In this document: one piece after another, positions 27,610 through 42,366 of the stretch
Numbering within the stretch: position 1 is the first letter of the stretch
How the letters are laid out: each line of letters starts with the position of its first letter
The notes under the pieces: generated by a model
Databases searched by the model: none
Seen by the model: the letters and a program-made list of their open reading frames with translations, nothing else
Told to the model about the DNA's origin: nothing
Program-made: the position numbers and the translations under genes
NCBI GenBank assembly: GCA_951406725.2
Contig: OX597826.1
Coordinates: 30,876,001-30,940,000 of the forward strand
Direction of reading: 5' to 3'
DNA length: 64,000 nucleotides
From: Octopus vulgaris
Taxonomy: Eukaryota

Positions 27610-28405
27610 TGCGTGCGTGACTAGTTTTGATGTTCAACAAATAATGCTCAACCGGCATTAAATAGCAACCAAATCTTCCTCAATTCACACCTGGTCATCT
27701 TCCCTGTAACATGTATTGGGTGATGTAGTTCCTGACATGCAAACAGAGGGATGGTCACGCAGGGAACATTTTCATTGCAGCTATTTTTGTTGTGAGCCGA
27801 CTGGGGGCTAAACAAATGCCATCATGTTTCCTTCGAGTAAATGAAGAAAGGTCTCTGTGCAGTCTTTCAATATGTTAAAAATAGAAGCCATATTTCCCTC
27901 AAACCATACTCATTGTCCAAATATTACACTACTCACACATTCACAGAATGATAATGTAAAACATATTCACACAGAAGATGACACAGAGACCGTTTATGAA
28001 TTTAGGATATACACGAACGTCACACAATCTCATTCTTTTCTATCTTCGGTGGTGTCTAAGTGACTCGTTCAACCATGGCACCAAGAAATGGCAAAACAGC
28101 CCAACAGGATGTCCTGTTCATCTATTTCATTACTTTATCAAAATAATTCCTTTTGTTTTTTTTACCACAATGATTCCCATGCGACGTGAAACATTACTGA
28201 ATGAAATCAAAACAAAAATGTTTCTCTGTAAGTATTTAATTAAGAGACACAACCATGACTCTGGGATAAAGAAGTGTGGTACGGATGACTGGCTGGCTGG
28301 CTGAACAGATGGATGGATGGACGGATGGATGGATGGCTGGCTGGCTGGCTGAATTGATGGATGGATGGATGGATGGATGACTTTTCTTTGTGTTTTTAAG
28401 TTCAT

Positions 28406-28467
<62 letters not shown>

Positions 28468-28749
28468 TTCAAGCCGGTCGCTAACAAAGCGAGAAGACTT
28501 TTTGAGTTAAGAGAGTTCCCGGTGTTTGTAAATATGTGGTTGAGTTGGTGTGTTGGTTGAACTGTCGATGCATACAGCCAAGTGTGTGCATCACAGAAGG
28601 ATCTCACATGAAGAATCTTTGGAATGTCTTACAAGTCCTCACTGTGCCACCAACAGATTGGATTTGGAGAATCCGCGTCAGTTTTTTTTTGCTCTTTTTC
28701 CGTGAAACCGAGTATTTCTAAGTTTTGTGCAGTATGTATGTATGTATGT

Positions 28750-28850
28750 TATTGTTCAGTTTTATTTCAAGATTTCTTGCCAATAGAGAAAGAACCGGTT
28801 TCTAACCAAGATCCCAGGCTCCTTCATTGGAACTTCAACATCAAGAACTA
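28750..28850 (+). repeat. Short dispersed repeat associated with (TATG)n (also about 17750-17812 + and 22800-22878 -)
   Basis: Shared TTCTTGCCAATAGAGAAAGAACCGGTTTCTAACC...GGCTCCTTCATTGGAA. Confidence 0.7.
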
Positions 28851-29534
28851 GGTATTTTTGTTACTATGTATGTATGTATGTATGTATGTATGTATGTATG
28901 TATGTATGTATGTATGTGTAGATTTGTATGTTTTATGTATGTATTCTCATGCATATAGTTGCATTTATAGACATGATCATATACATTTAAATGATAAACT
29001 TCTGGAAAGTTTTACAGATTTTTACAGTTCTAGTGATGACTTAGATCTGTAGTCTTCGAATTAGCTTTCTCCTTTCTGGTAATGAGAAGCCTAATTTCTC
29101 AAGATTGGTATTTAAGCAGTGTGTTACATATCAAATCTGTGTGTGTATGTATGTATGTATGTATGTATGTATGTATGTATGTATGTATGTATGTATGTAT
29201 GTATGTATGTATGTATGCACGTGTGTATTCATGAATGCATACATGCATGTACTTACGTATCGGCAGTATTTCAGTATATTTTACACCACTCGCTAATATA
29301 CTGCATTTAGAAATATCTACAAGTAATTGTGATTCTATGCATATCTGTGAATGAATTCATTTGTTAATTTTCCATGTCACCAACATATTGGTGTTTCATT
29401 TTATATGTCATTTTATATGTTACCGGTCATACTTTTCGTATTTAATCCGCAGCTGGAGCAATATATCGCTTGTTGAATAAGAACCAGTCTACACGTATAA
29501 TATTCAGATAATTTGCTAAAAGAAATGATAATAA

Positions 29535-29843
29535 TAAGAAGAAACGTGCGAGAATTGAAAAATATCAGGAATTAGCCATTCTGGTTAAGTCTGGTAAAGA
29601 AATTGTGGAAAACTACGATGAGAGTTGTTTCGGTGGTAATTGGTGCCCGTGGCACAACACCCAAAATCCAAACAAGGGGACTGAAGGATAGTGGAACTGA
29701 AACTTGCATTGTCAACCTACAGAGAAGTATCATTTTGTTGTCTGCAAGAATCCTAAGAAAAAGAATCTTGAGATTTGAAGAGACTTGTTGCTACCAAACC
29801 TGCAGACAGCATCTTTGCTCACTAGCATGGTGCGTAATCGCTT
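29535..29843 (+). mobile_element. R4/Dong-like non-LTR retrotransposon 3' end (end of restriction-like endonuclease)
   Basis: IEKYQELA...LWKTTMRVVSVVIGARGTTPK...LQRSIILLSARILRK, parallel to the RLE C-terminus at 44318-44597; followed by a long (GAA)n. Confidence 0.7.
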
Positions 29844-30628
29844 GAAGAAGAAGAAGAAGAAGAAGAAGAAGAAGAAGGAGGAGGAGGAAGAGGAGGAAGA
29901 GGAGGAGAAGGAGAAGAAGAAGAAGAAGGAGGAGGAGGAGGAGGAGGAGGAGAAGAAGAAGAAGAAGAAGAAGAAGAAGAAGAAGAAGAAGAAGAAGAAG
30001 AAGAAGAAGAAGAAGAAGAAGAAGAAGAAGAAGAAGAAGAAGAAGAAGAAGAAGAAGAAGAAGAAGAAGAATTTTAAAACAAAATTTCAAAATATAGAAA
30101 CAAATTATGTTATTTATTTATTTATTTTATCAAAATTTCATTTGTTTACTTAAAGTAATCACTGATTAAAGACATTTAGATTTCCATGTTTTTAAGAAAT
30201 TTTTTCCGAGACAAAGAAACGGACGTCGAAGTAATTAATCTAACAAACACGACAAAAACTGAGGCACCTAATTACTTTGGTAAACTTCGGCTGGATTTTA
30301 AGAAAATGTAATATTGGTAAGAGAGAGAGAGAGAGAGAGAGAGTAAGATGCCATTTGTATACGTAATGCACATTAGTACAGCTACAGGCCTTGGGGGCGG
30401 CTTTTGGGGATTCGATCAAAGGAAATGGTAAGCATTGCACCACCAACTGAGGAACTTGGGAATGTGTTAGAGACAGAAAGAAAGCGGGAGAGAAGGAGAG
30501 AGAGAGAAAGAGATGAGGTTTGGCGGGAGGCAGAGAAGTCGTGATGATGTTGAGATATGGTCTTGTGGGAGCATCCAATGTTGAGAAACAAAATGTTGAG
30601 TGTAGGGGTGATGATGATGATGATGATG

Positions 30629-30687
<59 letters not shown>

Positions 30688-31364
30688 GGTGGTGGTGATG
30701 GTGGTGGGGGGTGATGGTGGTGATGGGTTGGGGGGGGGGGGGGTGATGGTGGTGATGGTGGTGGTAGTCGTCGTCGTGATGATGATGATGAGGAGGAGGA
30801 GGAGGGGGAGAAGGAAGAACAAGAAGAAGAGGCGGAGGAGGTGGACGACGACAAAGATGATGGTGGTGGTGATGAAGATGATGATGATGAGTACGATCGT
30901 GGAGGAGGTGGAGGATGAGGAGGAAGTGGAGGATGAAAATTATTGTGACCACAGTGACGAGGTTTTTGATGAAGATGACGATGATGATGAAGATGATGAT
31001 GATGATGATGATGAAGTGTATAGTCTGTCTATTTAATGAATGGTTACCTTTTTTCCCTTTCTGCCACCGTGTACTCGATGACTGTAATTTTCTCGTGCAG
31101 CCTAAACTAACATGAAGAAGAAATAATAACAACGATAGCAAGAAGAAGAAGAAGAAGAAGAAGAAGAAGAAGAAGAAGAAGAAGAAGAAGAAGAAGAAGA
31201 AGAAGAAATGAAAATAATAATGGCAAAAGCCACGGCAATAGTTGCAACAACAGAAAAAACAACAACAACAACGACAGGAATAGTAATGCCATTAGACATC
31301 TCGATGATAATGTAGAATAAAGAATAAACATTAAAACGAATGGTATATGCGTGTATATACATAC

Positions 31365-31438
<74 letters not shown>

Positions 31439-31556
31439 TTATGTACACACATAAGTATATAGAAATATATATGGATATATATGAGTATAAATAAATGTAT
31501 ATATATATGTGTGTATATTTATATGTATATATGTGTATGTGTGTGTAGATAAATAA

Positions 31557-31606
<50 letters not shown>

Positions 31607-31607
31607 G

Positions 31608-31684
<77 letters not shown>

Positions 31685-32620
31685 GCACACAGACAGACAG
31701 AGGAATAGTTAAGGAGAAAAGTATATATTCATTGTATACATATGTTGTTGTTACTGTTATTGTTTTTGTTGATGTTGCTGTTGTTGTTGATGTTGTTGTT
31801 GTTGATGATGGTAGGGGGTGATTCTGAAATTCATTACAAAGAAGAGGTTAAAAAAACACGACAGAGAACGGAGTATTGCAAACGAATTGGGAAAGATTGA
31901 AGAAGAAAAAAAATCATTTCACTCAGAAGTGAAAACAGAATAAAAAAATAAAATAAAATAAAAGAAGAAAACCGATAAAGAAAATCAAAGAAAAAGAAGT
32001 CGAATGACTTTTAGCTCCATCTCGACACCGCCCCACTCTCGGTGCGGCACCGCCATCTCTGCCTGACTCTCTTTGACTAAAGGAAAACAACAAACTGCTT
32101 CTTCGGTGAGGAAATCACGTCATCAGTGCACGGATGATTGGTGGTGGGGAAAACCGGTGATGGGTGGTGGGTGGTGATAATGGTGGTGGTTGTGGTTGTA
32201 GTGGTGGTGGTGGTGGTCGTCGTAGTCGTCGTCGTCGTAATCGTTGGGGTTGTGGTTGAAGTAATTGTAATGGTACTGATAATGATAGTACTAACTGTCG
32301 TAGTGGTAACTGTGGTGGTGGTGGCAGTGGTGGTGGTGGTGTTGAAACCCTGCTGCTGACTACAGAGATTAGGAAACAACCTGCTTTGTGAAAGAAGCAA
32401 AAATTGCGCGGAGTAAAGTGAAACTAACGTTCAACACTCACACACACATACACACTCGCACACGCACGCACACACATACACACAAGCAACACGCACACAC
32501 ACACACACACACACACGCACATCTTCACTTAGACATCAAACACAGATGTTTATTATATCAAAACTTGACAGACTGCTCAGTTTCGCCTCGAGCTGGCTCT
32601 TCATAACTACACACACACAT

Positions 32621-32672
<52 letters not shown>

Positions 32673-32681
32673 GTATGTATG

Positions 32682-32748
<67 letters not shown>

Positions 32749-32793
32749 ATATATATATGTATATATATATATATGTATGTATGTATGTATATA

Positions 32794-32829
<36 letters not shown>

Positions 32830-33155
32830 TGTACATACATACAAATACACATATATATATATATTTACACATACGCATTATACATGTATATATATTAATA
32901 TACATATATGTGTGCGTATATAAATACACACACACACACACACGCACACGCACATACATATATATATATATATATGCACGCATATAAACACAAATACACA
33001 CCTTGAAAAATTAATCACAATTTTGCAATATTTATAATCGAATGACTTTTTCTTTTGTTTCATCAGCTTCTCTCACCTGCATCACGTCTGCTACTACTAC
33101 TACTACTACTACAACTACTACTATTGCTGCTGCTGCTGCTGCTGCCATTGCTACA

Positions 33156-33214
<59 letters not shown>

Positions 33215-35283
33215 TACTATTGCTACTACCACTACCAATAATAATAATAATATTAATAACAATAATAATAATAATCTCACCAGCGCCATAATCACCAACA
33301 TCAACACCACTACCACTACCATCTCCACCACCGTCCTCTTCAACTGCTACTGCTACTACCACTCCTCTTCCTGCTGCTGCTGCTGATCCCACTCCTACTG
33401 CTACTGCTGCTATTATTGCTCCAACACTTTTCCACCATTTTTTTCATATTACTCCTACTGCTTAAGGTAACTTCTTTGTCTTCTTCTTCTCCTTCTTCTT
33501 CTTCTTCTTCTTCTTCTTCTTCTTCTTCTTCTTCTTCTTCTTCTTCTTCTTCTTCTTCTTCTTCTTCTTCTTCTTCTTCTTCTTCTTCTTCTTCTTCTTG
33601 CTTCTCCTACTCCTTTTTCTCTTACTTTGCCCCCGTATCCTTCTACGTCTCCTCATCTTTTATCAACATCAGCATTATCATCATCATCATCATCAACATT
33701 ATTATCACCATCACAATCAGCATGCTCATCACAATCAGCATCATCATCATCGTCATCATCGTCGTCACCATCGTCATCACCTCATCGTCATTATCATCAT
33801 CCTCACCATAATTATCATATTCGTCATCATTATCCTCATTGTCATCAGCATCATCGTCATTACTACCACCACCTTCATCATTATCATCATCATTTTCATC
33901 ATTACCGTCGTTGTCATCATCATCACCATAACCATCATAATAGCCATCATCGTCATCATCATCATCATCATTTTCCTCCTCCTCCTCATCATCATCATTC
34001 ATCATCATCATCATCATCATCACCACCATTATCATCATTACCGTCGTTGTCATCATAATTGCCATAACCATCATAATAGCCATCATCGTCATCATCGTCG
34101 TCATCATCATCATCGTCATCATCATCGTCATCATCATCATGTTCTTCATCATTATCATCATCATTATCATCGTCATTATCATCATCATCATCATCGTCAT
34201 CATCGTCGTCATCGTCATCATCATCATCATCATCATCGTCATCATCGTCGTCATCGTCATCGTCATCATCATCATATCTTTCATTTTCCTCTTTTCCTTT
34301 TTCTTCTTCTCCTCCTCTTCTTCCTCTTTCGCCTTTTCCTTCACAGTGATCTAAACATATTTTTTTAACTACCAACATATACAAAATAAATAAATAAATA
34401 AGCAAAGGAAAGCAAAAAGTTTGAAACAAAAAAATTTATCAAATATAATCAGAGGAAATGAAGAGGGTTGCATCAAGAAATGGTAAAGATTTCACAAAGA
34501 ACCGAATCAGTTCATCATGAACTCAACATAAACTCATAGTACGCTCAGTGTAAACTCATTTAAATTCATTGAAAGCATGTAATATAGGTTCGACTTCATA
34601 TACAGGACCCAGGATGATGCCATTAAATATGATATGCAAAATATCTATTCTGATATATTGCCAGGCTTTATTGATTTATAGCAGTTAACAAGATTTTGTG
34701 AAAAACTGTTGAATCTATAGTCTTTCCTGTTCAGATTTGCTGAAGTTAATGAAGAAAACGAAGTGATTGTTTGACCTATTAAATCTTCTAAATATGCTAC
34801 TCGCTGTTGTGTGGGTCACAGAAGAAGGATTTCTCCCTTTTGCGATGACAACGTGTTCAATAACACATTTGGCTTACGTGCGCGAGTGTTCCGACATGTG
34901 TCGTCAACCGGAAATACCCGTTTCAAGGTTTCTCTCATTTTCTCCCTCCATCTCTCTCTCCTCTCTCTTTCCCCTCTCGCGCCTCCCTCTCCTCTCCTCT
35001 CCTCTCTCTCTCCCTCCCTATCTATCTCTCTGTCTCTCAATAATGCTTATGCATGTGAATATATTTCTGTTTATGTTTTCGCAGTAGAGTAACAGTGTTT
35101 CAATAAATCGTTTTCCCTTTCTCTCAACTGATACTTATTTCATAGACACCGAAAAGATGAAAGAAAATGTCGACTTGGGTGGAATTTGAACTCAAAACGT
35201 AAAGAGCTTGCACAAATGCTGTTAAGTATTTTGTCCGACGCGCTAACGATTCTGCCAGCTCATAATAATCACGATAATAATAA

Positions 35284-35806
35284 CAGTACCAGGCACTGGT
35301 CCTCATGGGTTCTGATCTTAACTGATTGGACGTGTTATCATGTACATTGTTTTGTCTTGGTATTAAAAATGCGCTACAGCAAATATTCTGCTCAGTACCA
35401 CAGATTTGCTTGTCAGTTGTTCGACCTTAACCAGTTGGGCATGTCCCTTAGTGGGTGACGATATGTGCATCTCTGATCACGAGCAGAAGTAGTGGGGAAG
35501 AGGAATTTTTGAGGATTTGAATAAGTCACCTCTGGAAACATGGGTGTCTCGTTCAACATCCTTAAAACAATCCTTATTCAGGGACATTTTGAGCGAGATA
35601 GGCTGCTGAACCTGAAAAAAATTCTAAGTCCCACCTGCAAGGTCATGTGCTCTTTATCTTGAAATTAGATCAATATGTCGCACACATGTGGTTGTGATGC
35701 ATGTGCCTGGTGTACCCTTATCAGACGGGTAGTCATGATGGGTATATTAGGCTTCATATATTTGTATCCTAGTGTCACTTTGATCGCACGCGCTGCTCTC
35801 TCACTC
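35284..35806 (+). mobile_element. (TAA)n-associated element, copy 3
   Basis: Homologous to 15102-15653; short (AAT)n upstream, long (AAT)n downstream. Confidence 0.85.
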
Positions 35807-35807
35807 G

Positions 35808-35980
<173 letters not shown>

Positions 35981-36013
35981 AAGAAGAAGAAGAAGAAGAA
36001 GAAGAAGAAGAAT

Positions 36014-36243
36014 AGGGACCTTTTGAGCGCGATGGGTTACTCGACCAGAAGAAAATTCTAACTGGGCCCCACCTGCAAGGTCATGTGCTGTTTATCTTGA
36101 TATGAGATCACCATGTCACGCACATATGGCTGTGATGCATGTACCTAGTGTACCCTTATCAGACGGGTAGTCATTATGGGTATACTGGGCTTCGTGTATT
36201 TTACCCCAGTGTCATTTTGATGGCATGCACTGCTCTCTCACTC
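36014..36243 (+). mobile_element. (TAA)n-associated element, 5'-truncated copy 4
   Basis: Same 3' end CTCTCTCACTC-(AAT)n; 5' half missing. Confidence 0.85.
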
Positions 36244-36265
36244 AATAATAATAATGATAATAATA

Positions 36266-36371
<106 letters not shown>

Positions 36372-36911
36372 AAAGAGGAAGAGGAGGAGGGGGAGACGGA
36401 GGAGGAGGATGGGAGGTGGAAGAGGAGAAAGTGGAGAAGGAGGAAACGTGACAGCGGTAGAAAGAACGGTTCCACCGATGATCTTGCTTTCTACCTTTCA
36501 AAAATGATAATTGTACACACACACACACATATATCAGTATATGCAGGTATGCATGCATGCATGCATGTATGTATGTATGTATGTATATTTATGTCTGTCT
36601 GTATGTATGTATATATGTATGTATGTATGACTAACTATAAATGTTAAGACCAATAAAAGTGATGAAGTCGTCAATAATTTTCTATAATTTCTCATAAATT
36701 CTTTTTTTTACTTTCTGTTTCTTTGTTATCCCTTTATCTTTTCTCAAAGTTTTCTTTAGCCACATCCATCACCAGTCCCACCATCCACTTATAGCATTCT
36801 CAGCAGTTTAATTGTTAATCACTTGCTACATATAATCATTTCTTAATAATAATATTAATAATTATGTAGAGAGCATTAACAACAATCATAAAAATAGTGA
36901 CGACGATGACA

Positions 36912-36976
<65 letters not shown>

Positions 36977-37688
36977 GATGGCGGCGGCGGTGGTGGTGGT
37001 GGTGACGAGGGCGACGACAACAGTTATGATGGCGACGATGATGACGATATCGATGATAGCAATTACGTTGACAAGGGCATTCCTCAACGAAATGTCATCC
37101 ATCCAGGTTTCTCTCTTATTCGATTGTTCTTTATTGATCGATATTATTGACTGACTGACTGACTGTCTGATTGAGAACGACGAGTGGCGCACGAAGGGGA
37201 GAGCGTAACTTATTCGTCTGACTGGGCATTTTTATACGTATTAAAATATCAATATCGCTTTATATACACATAAAAGCATGCAGCGGTAGAGAAAAAAGAC
37301 AGGCAGACAGACAGAAAGACAGTCAGACAGACAGATAGATAGACAGACAGTCAGACAGGTAGGTAGGTAGGTAGGTAGGTAGATGGATAGATAGATATTC
37401 ATATATGCACGTAAACCAATATGTATGTACGTAGGCACAAAATAAGGAATATATTACACACACACGTGCGTGTGAGTGTTTGTGTATATATGTGTGTGTG
37501 TGTGTAAAATAGACACTATATGTGTGTGTATGTATGTATGCACATATATGAAGCCAATCTTTAACAGATCTCTACTTCGTCTTTCCCGCTCCTTTTTATA
37601 TGTGTGTATATATGTGTATATATATATATACATACATATGTATATATGTATATATATTATACTTAAAACTGAATAGAAGATCGGACAT

Positions 37689-37732
37689 CCACCTGACGAA
37701 TGTCATTTGAAGACATGAAACAATTGTAGTGG
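37689..37732 (+). ncRNA. Minimal type-I hammerhead ribozyme motif, intact consensus
   Basis: CCAC-CTGACGA-ATGTC atttgaa GACAT-GAAA-CAATTG-TA-GTGG: all core nucleotides, perfect stems I and II, palindromic stem III, GUA triplet. Confidence 0.85.
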
Positions 37733-37908
37733 CGATTTATTTACTTTATATTAAAATTTTTTATGTATTGATTAAGTGTTTCCTTATTTGATTTGCAAAA
37801 TAGTGGTTTTGTCTCGAATTAATATTATATAATATTTTACTATAAAATTGGATTTAATCCTAAATCTGATTTTTTCCCTGTAATTTTGGATTTATTTATA
37901 TATTATAT

Positions 37909-38041
<133 letters not shown>

Positions 38042-38649
38042 GTATATATACATATGTTTAAAGATTACATACGACAAGAACGTTTAAAATTTGTCGGTAT
38101 AAATTATATATAAGTCATTCATAGGTTCGGCTTGAAATAGAAGGCAAAAGGATCACTTCCTACGATTTGACAGCTGTTGCAACATTTATCTGTCATTTAC
38201 TGCACGATTCTGCCACCGATTACACAAAATAGCTTGTTCTTATTTCACGCATCAACATTTTTACTTTCGTTTTGCTGCAGAAACCATGAGTGTTGCTATT
38301 GCTTATATATTACGTTAAGAACAAAAGCAATTTCGTAGCCGTTCAACCACCAGCAGGCAATTTGATTTGGCTAATGTTTAAAATAGTTCAGAATCACTCG
38401 AAATCTTAAGATATAGAATTATCATAAATTTCGTAAATCTTCTAGCCCATTACCTCGCATCCGATCTAGAGTTATAAATAGAGAACTAATTTAGAGTGGA
38501 TGCATGTATTTGACATCTACTTTTACCGTATAGGCGCTGGCATTCCGGAACCCTTAATTACAATTAATTTTAGCTTCACGGTCACTTTTAATACGCTAGC
38601 CAATGATATAATCATTTTAATGATCATATCCTTAATTTATAAATATATA

Positions 38650-39903
38650 CATGGGTTGGACAAAATAATGGAAACAACTTAAAATTTCAAACAAATTTAT
38701 TTTAATATGGGTTAGGACCGCCTTTGGTAGTAATTACAGCTTGAATTCTATGAGCTAAGGACTCGTACAAAATTTGAATTGTTTCCAAATGATTTTTTGT
38801 CCATTCTTCAGCTAAAACAGTCCCCAGTTCTTGTAGTGATGATGGTGGAGGATATCAACTCCTTTCTTGTTCTTCTAAAATGCACCATAAATGTTCAATA
38901 CTATTGAGATCTGGAGACTGTGGTGGCCAGATAAGACGTTCAACTTCACTAGAATAATCTTGTGTGAATTGGTGCATTATCATCCTGTGTGAATTGGTGC
39001 AATATCATTCTGAGAGATTGCATTTCCCTCTGGAAACAGTTCCGCAACCATTTGATCAGATAAAATACTTAAATAATATTCACTATAATTCTGCCATAAA
39101 GGGAAACCATTGGGTCGACGGATTTCCAAGATATAGCCCCTCCTCACCCAGATCAGCGCAGATCCTCCTGAATGTTTAACAGTTGAAAGAAGGCAGTCTG
39201 GGTCAAAAGCTTCGTTTGGCTGTCTCCACACCGTATACACGGCCAGTGTTCGGAAATAACGTAAAGGATTACTCGTCCGAGAAAATAACATTCTTCCACT
39301 GCTCTAGGAACCAATTCTGTAGGTTATTATTCTACTCTAAACGCTTTTCAACGTTTGTTTTTGAAAATAGTAGTTTTCTGATTGCAGCCCTCCCATGAAA
39401 TCCGGCTTTGTGCAGCTTTCGGTGAACAGTTTTTGTGGAAACTGGGTTCTCGAAGTGGTCATTAAGCTCTGCAGCAATTTTGGGAGCTGTACTTTTGTCA
39501 TCCTTTCTAACAATTTGCGGTCCCTATCTGAAAGTTTGGGTTTTCTTTCGGGGTTTTTTTCGATGAGGAGGTTTTTCCCTCTTTCTCAAAGGCCGTCATT
39601 ACTTTCGAGACAGTACTTCTTGATACACTAAACATTTCGGCTGTTTTCATTACGCTAGCACCTGCCATACGAGCACCAAGAATTTGACCTCTTTGAAAGT
39701 CCTATAGATCTGTCATTTTAATGAATTTTAATTATCTTTTCTGATGATATCTGAAAGGAAGCAGCAATTTTAGCGAAACATATTAAGCAACACTAATAAT
39801 AATTAAAAAGAAACATAAAAATAAACAAGTTTTTGACGGTTTCATAGATATTTCAAAATTATGATGCTATCTGCTAGGTGTTTCCATTATTTTGTTGAAC
39901 CCC

Positions 39904-39905
<2 letters not shown>
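38650..39905 (-). mobile_element. Full-length decayed Tc1-like transposon
   Basis: 27-bp TIRs 38650-38676 / 39879-39905; broken transposase from 39716: MTDL*DFQRGQILGARMAGASV..., TVKHSGGSALIW, WPPQSPDLNSIEHLW. Confidence 0.9.
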
Positions 39906-39946
<41 letters not shown>

Positions 39947-40107
39947 CAACATGGGACAAGAACGCAAAACATCCGGACAGCTAGGTCGTACAAAAAGGTA
40001 CAACAAAACATCCAGGTGAGACGATACAACGAAAACAAGGACGGGTCATTCGAAGTTTTCTTTCCTGAGTCAAGCACCAGATTATCCTCACAATTTCTGA
40101 CTATATA

Positions 40108-40813
40108 TACGAGATCAGGCTGAAAAGTTCAGAGGCTGGCTATATGAAGAAGTTATGCTAGAGTTTTGAAATTTTTTATACATCTATTTCGCCTCTTCCA
40201 ATTGACAAATACATTTTTGTTTTCGGGTAAACTAACATCTGATTGTTCAAATAAGACTTGAAAAGTAACTGGTAGTGACTTTTCTTGAAAATGGACAAAA
40301 ATTGGCATCATGCGAGAAAAGGATTTAGCCCTCAAGGACATTCATGATGACATGGTCGTTCCATTAGAGCATGATGCACCAGTTTTATTTATAATACAAA
40401 ACTGGGCAACAGAATTTAGGAGGAGAAGGGAGTGCTTTAAAGATGGCCACCACCGAGGAAACTATTGATCGTATTTATCACATGATGATGAATGACAGGC
40501 GATTAGCTATAAATCCAATAACTAGTGCGATTAGGTTATCTGGCGAGAGAGTTGAGAATATTCTACACAATGAACTTAGCATTACGAAGGTTTCTGCTCG
40601 GAGGATGCCGCGTCTTCTGACACCCGATCGAAGGTACACCATGCTGATCACATCACGAGAAAATCTGACATTGTTTGAGGCAGACCCAGCTGATTTCTTT
40701 CATCGTTTCCCAAACCAGGATGCGAGTTGGATTCATCACTTTGAACCAGAGACAAAGAGATAATCCATGCACTGGAAACACACCTTCTCACTGGCTCCAC
40801 AGAAGGCCAAGGT
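40108..40813 (+). mobile_element. mariner transposase pseudogene, 5' half, cut off by a SINE B
   Basis: TTEETIDRIYHMMMNDRR...ILHNELSITKVSARRMPRLLT...QDASWIHHFEPETKR (WVPRxL and first-Asp motifs). Confidence 0.85.
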
Positions 40814-40999
40814 CGGCCGACCAAAGCATTGTGAGTGAATTTGGTAGACGGAAACTGAAAGAAGCGTGTGTCTTTGTTTCCCCATTCACCTCATCGCTTG
40901 ATAACCGGTGTTAGTATGTTTACGTCCCCGTCACTTAGCACTTTGGCAAAAAAGATTGATAGAATAAGTATTAGGTCTAAAAATATAAATAAGTACTGG

Positions 41000-41587
41000 G
41001 TGTAAACGTGTAAACGTATAGTGTAAAAGTGCAGTATGAACATCTAGTGTAAACGTGTAGTGTAAAAGCGTAGTGTAATGTGAACGTGTACTGTAAGCGT
41101 GTAGTGTAAACGTGTAGTGTAAACGTGTAGTGTAAACGTGCAGTGTAAGCATGTAGTGTAAACGTATAGTGTAAACGTATAGTGTGAACGTGTAATGTGA
41201 AAGTGTAGTGTAAACGTGTAGTGTAAACGTGCAATATAAACGTGTGGTGTTAACGTGTAGTGTGAACGTGCAGTGTAAATGTGTAGTGTAAACGTGTAGA
41301 GTAAACATGCAATGTAAACGAGCATTGTAAACGTGTAGTGTAAACGTGTAGTGCAAACATGTAGTGTGAACGCGTAGTGTAAATGTGCAGTGTAAATGTG
41401 CAGTGTAAACATGTAATGTGAACGTGTAGTGTAAACGTGCAATATAAACTTGTAGTGTAAACGTGCAGTGCAAACGTGTACCGTAAGCGTGTAGTGTGAA
41501 CGTGTAGTGTAAATGTGTAGTGTAAACGTGTAGTATAAACTTGCAGCGTGAACGTGTAGTGGAAACGTGCAGTGTAAATGTGTAGTA
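41000..41587. repeat. 13-bp minisatellite (TGTAAACGTGTAG)n, about 45 units
   Basis: Directly visible tandem array with point variants. Confidence 0.95.
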
Positions 41588-42134
41588 AGAATATTCAAAC
41601 AACGTCACTACCTTTCCAAATCATGCAGCATTTCACATGAAATTTTTGGTCCTCCAAAATCGTCTTGGTGTATAAATCGACCCTCCTTTTTTCGGCTGTA
41701 AATTTTGGTCTGAAAAATTCGACTTGCGTGTCAGAAAATACGCTTCCCATAAGAATTAATGAACTAAAAACTTCTTTTCTTGTACACGCACCGCTGAAAT
41801 TGGGGTACGTCTAATACGCCCGCGCGAGTTTTAGATAATCAAATGCAATAAATAACTCTTAATCACCTAATTTAGAAAAAATTACAATTCTACTACGCGA
41901 TAGGGCAGGGGTTACTTCGCATCTGAAGTTGTAATTTAAATTTATTAAAAGAAATGTTTTTTTTTCACAAACAATTTTCATCTTTATTAAATTTTTTATT
42001 CCATTTTTATTTTATTTTGAACACTAAATGATATTTTCTGAGATATGTTAATTTAATATACGTTAATTGGTTGAAACAGAAATTGGGAAGAAATTTGATC
42101 AGTTGACGTCATTGAAAACTGGCGAGTGTGTGTG

Positions 42135-42191
<57 letters not shown>

Positions 42192-42321
42192 ACATATATA
42201 TATACATACATATATATACATATATATACATGCACATATACATACACGTATTATACACACACACATATATATATACATACATATATTACACAAATATAGA
42301 TAGATAGATAGCTATACTGAT

Positions 42322-42366
<45 letters not shown>

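Noticed and set aside
33598-34368. 256-aa His-rich ORF resembling a structural protein
   Set aside because: A degenerate (CAT)n/(CTT)n array that is open in several frames on both strands.
41000-41587. CRISPR-like array
   Set aside because: Contiguous 13-bp tandem units without unique spacers, in a eukaryotic context with no cas genes.
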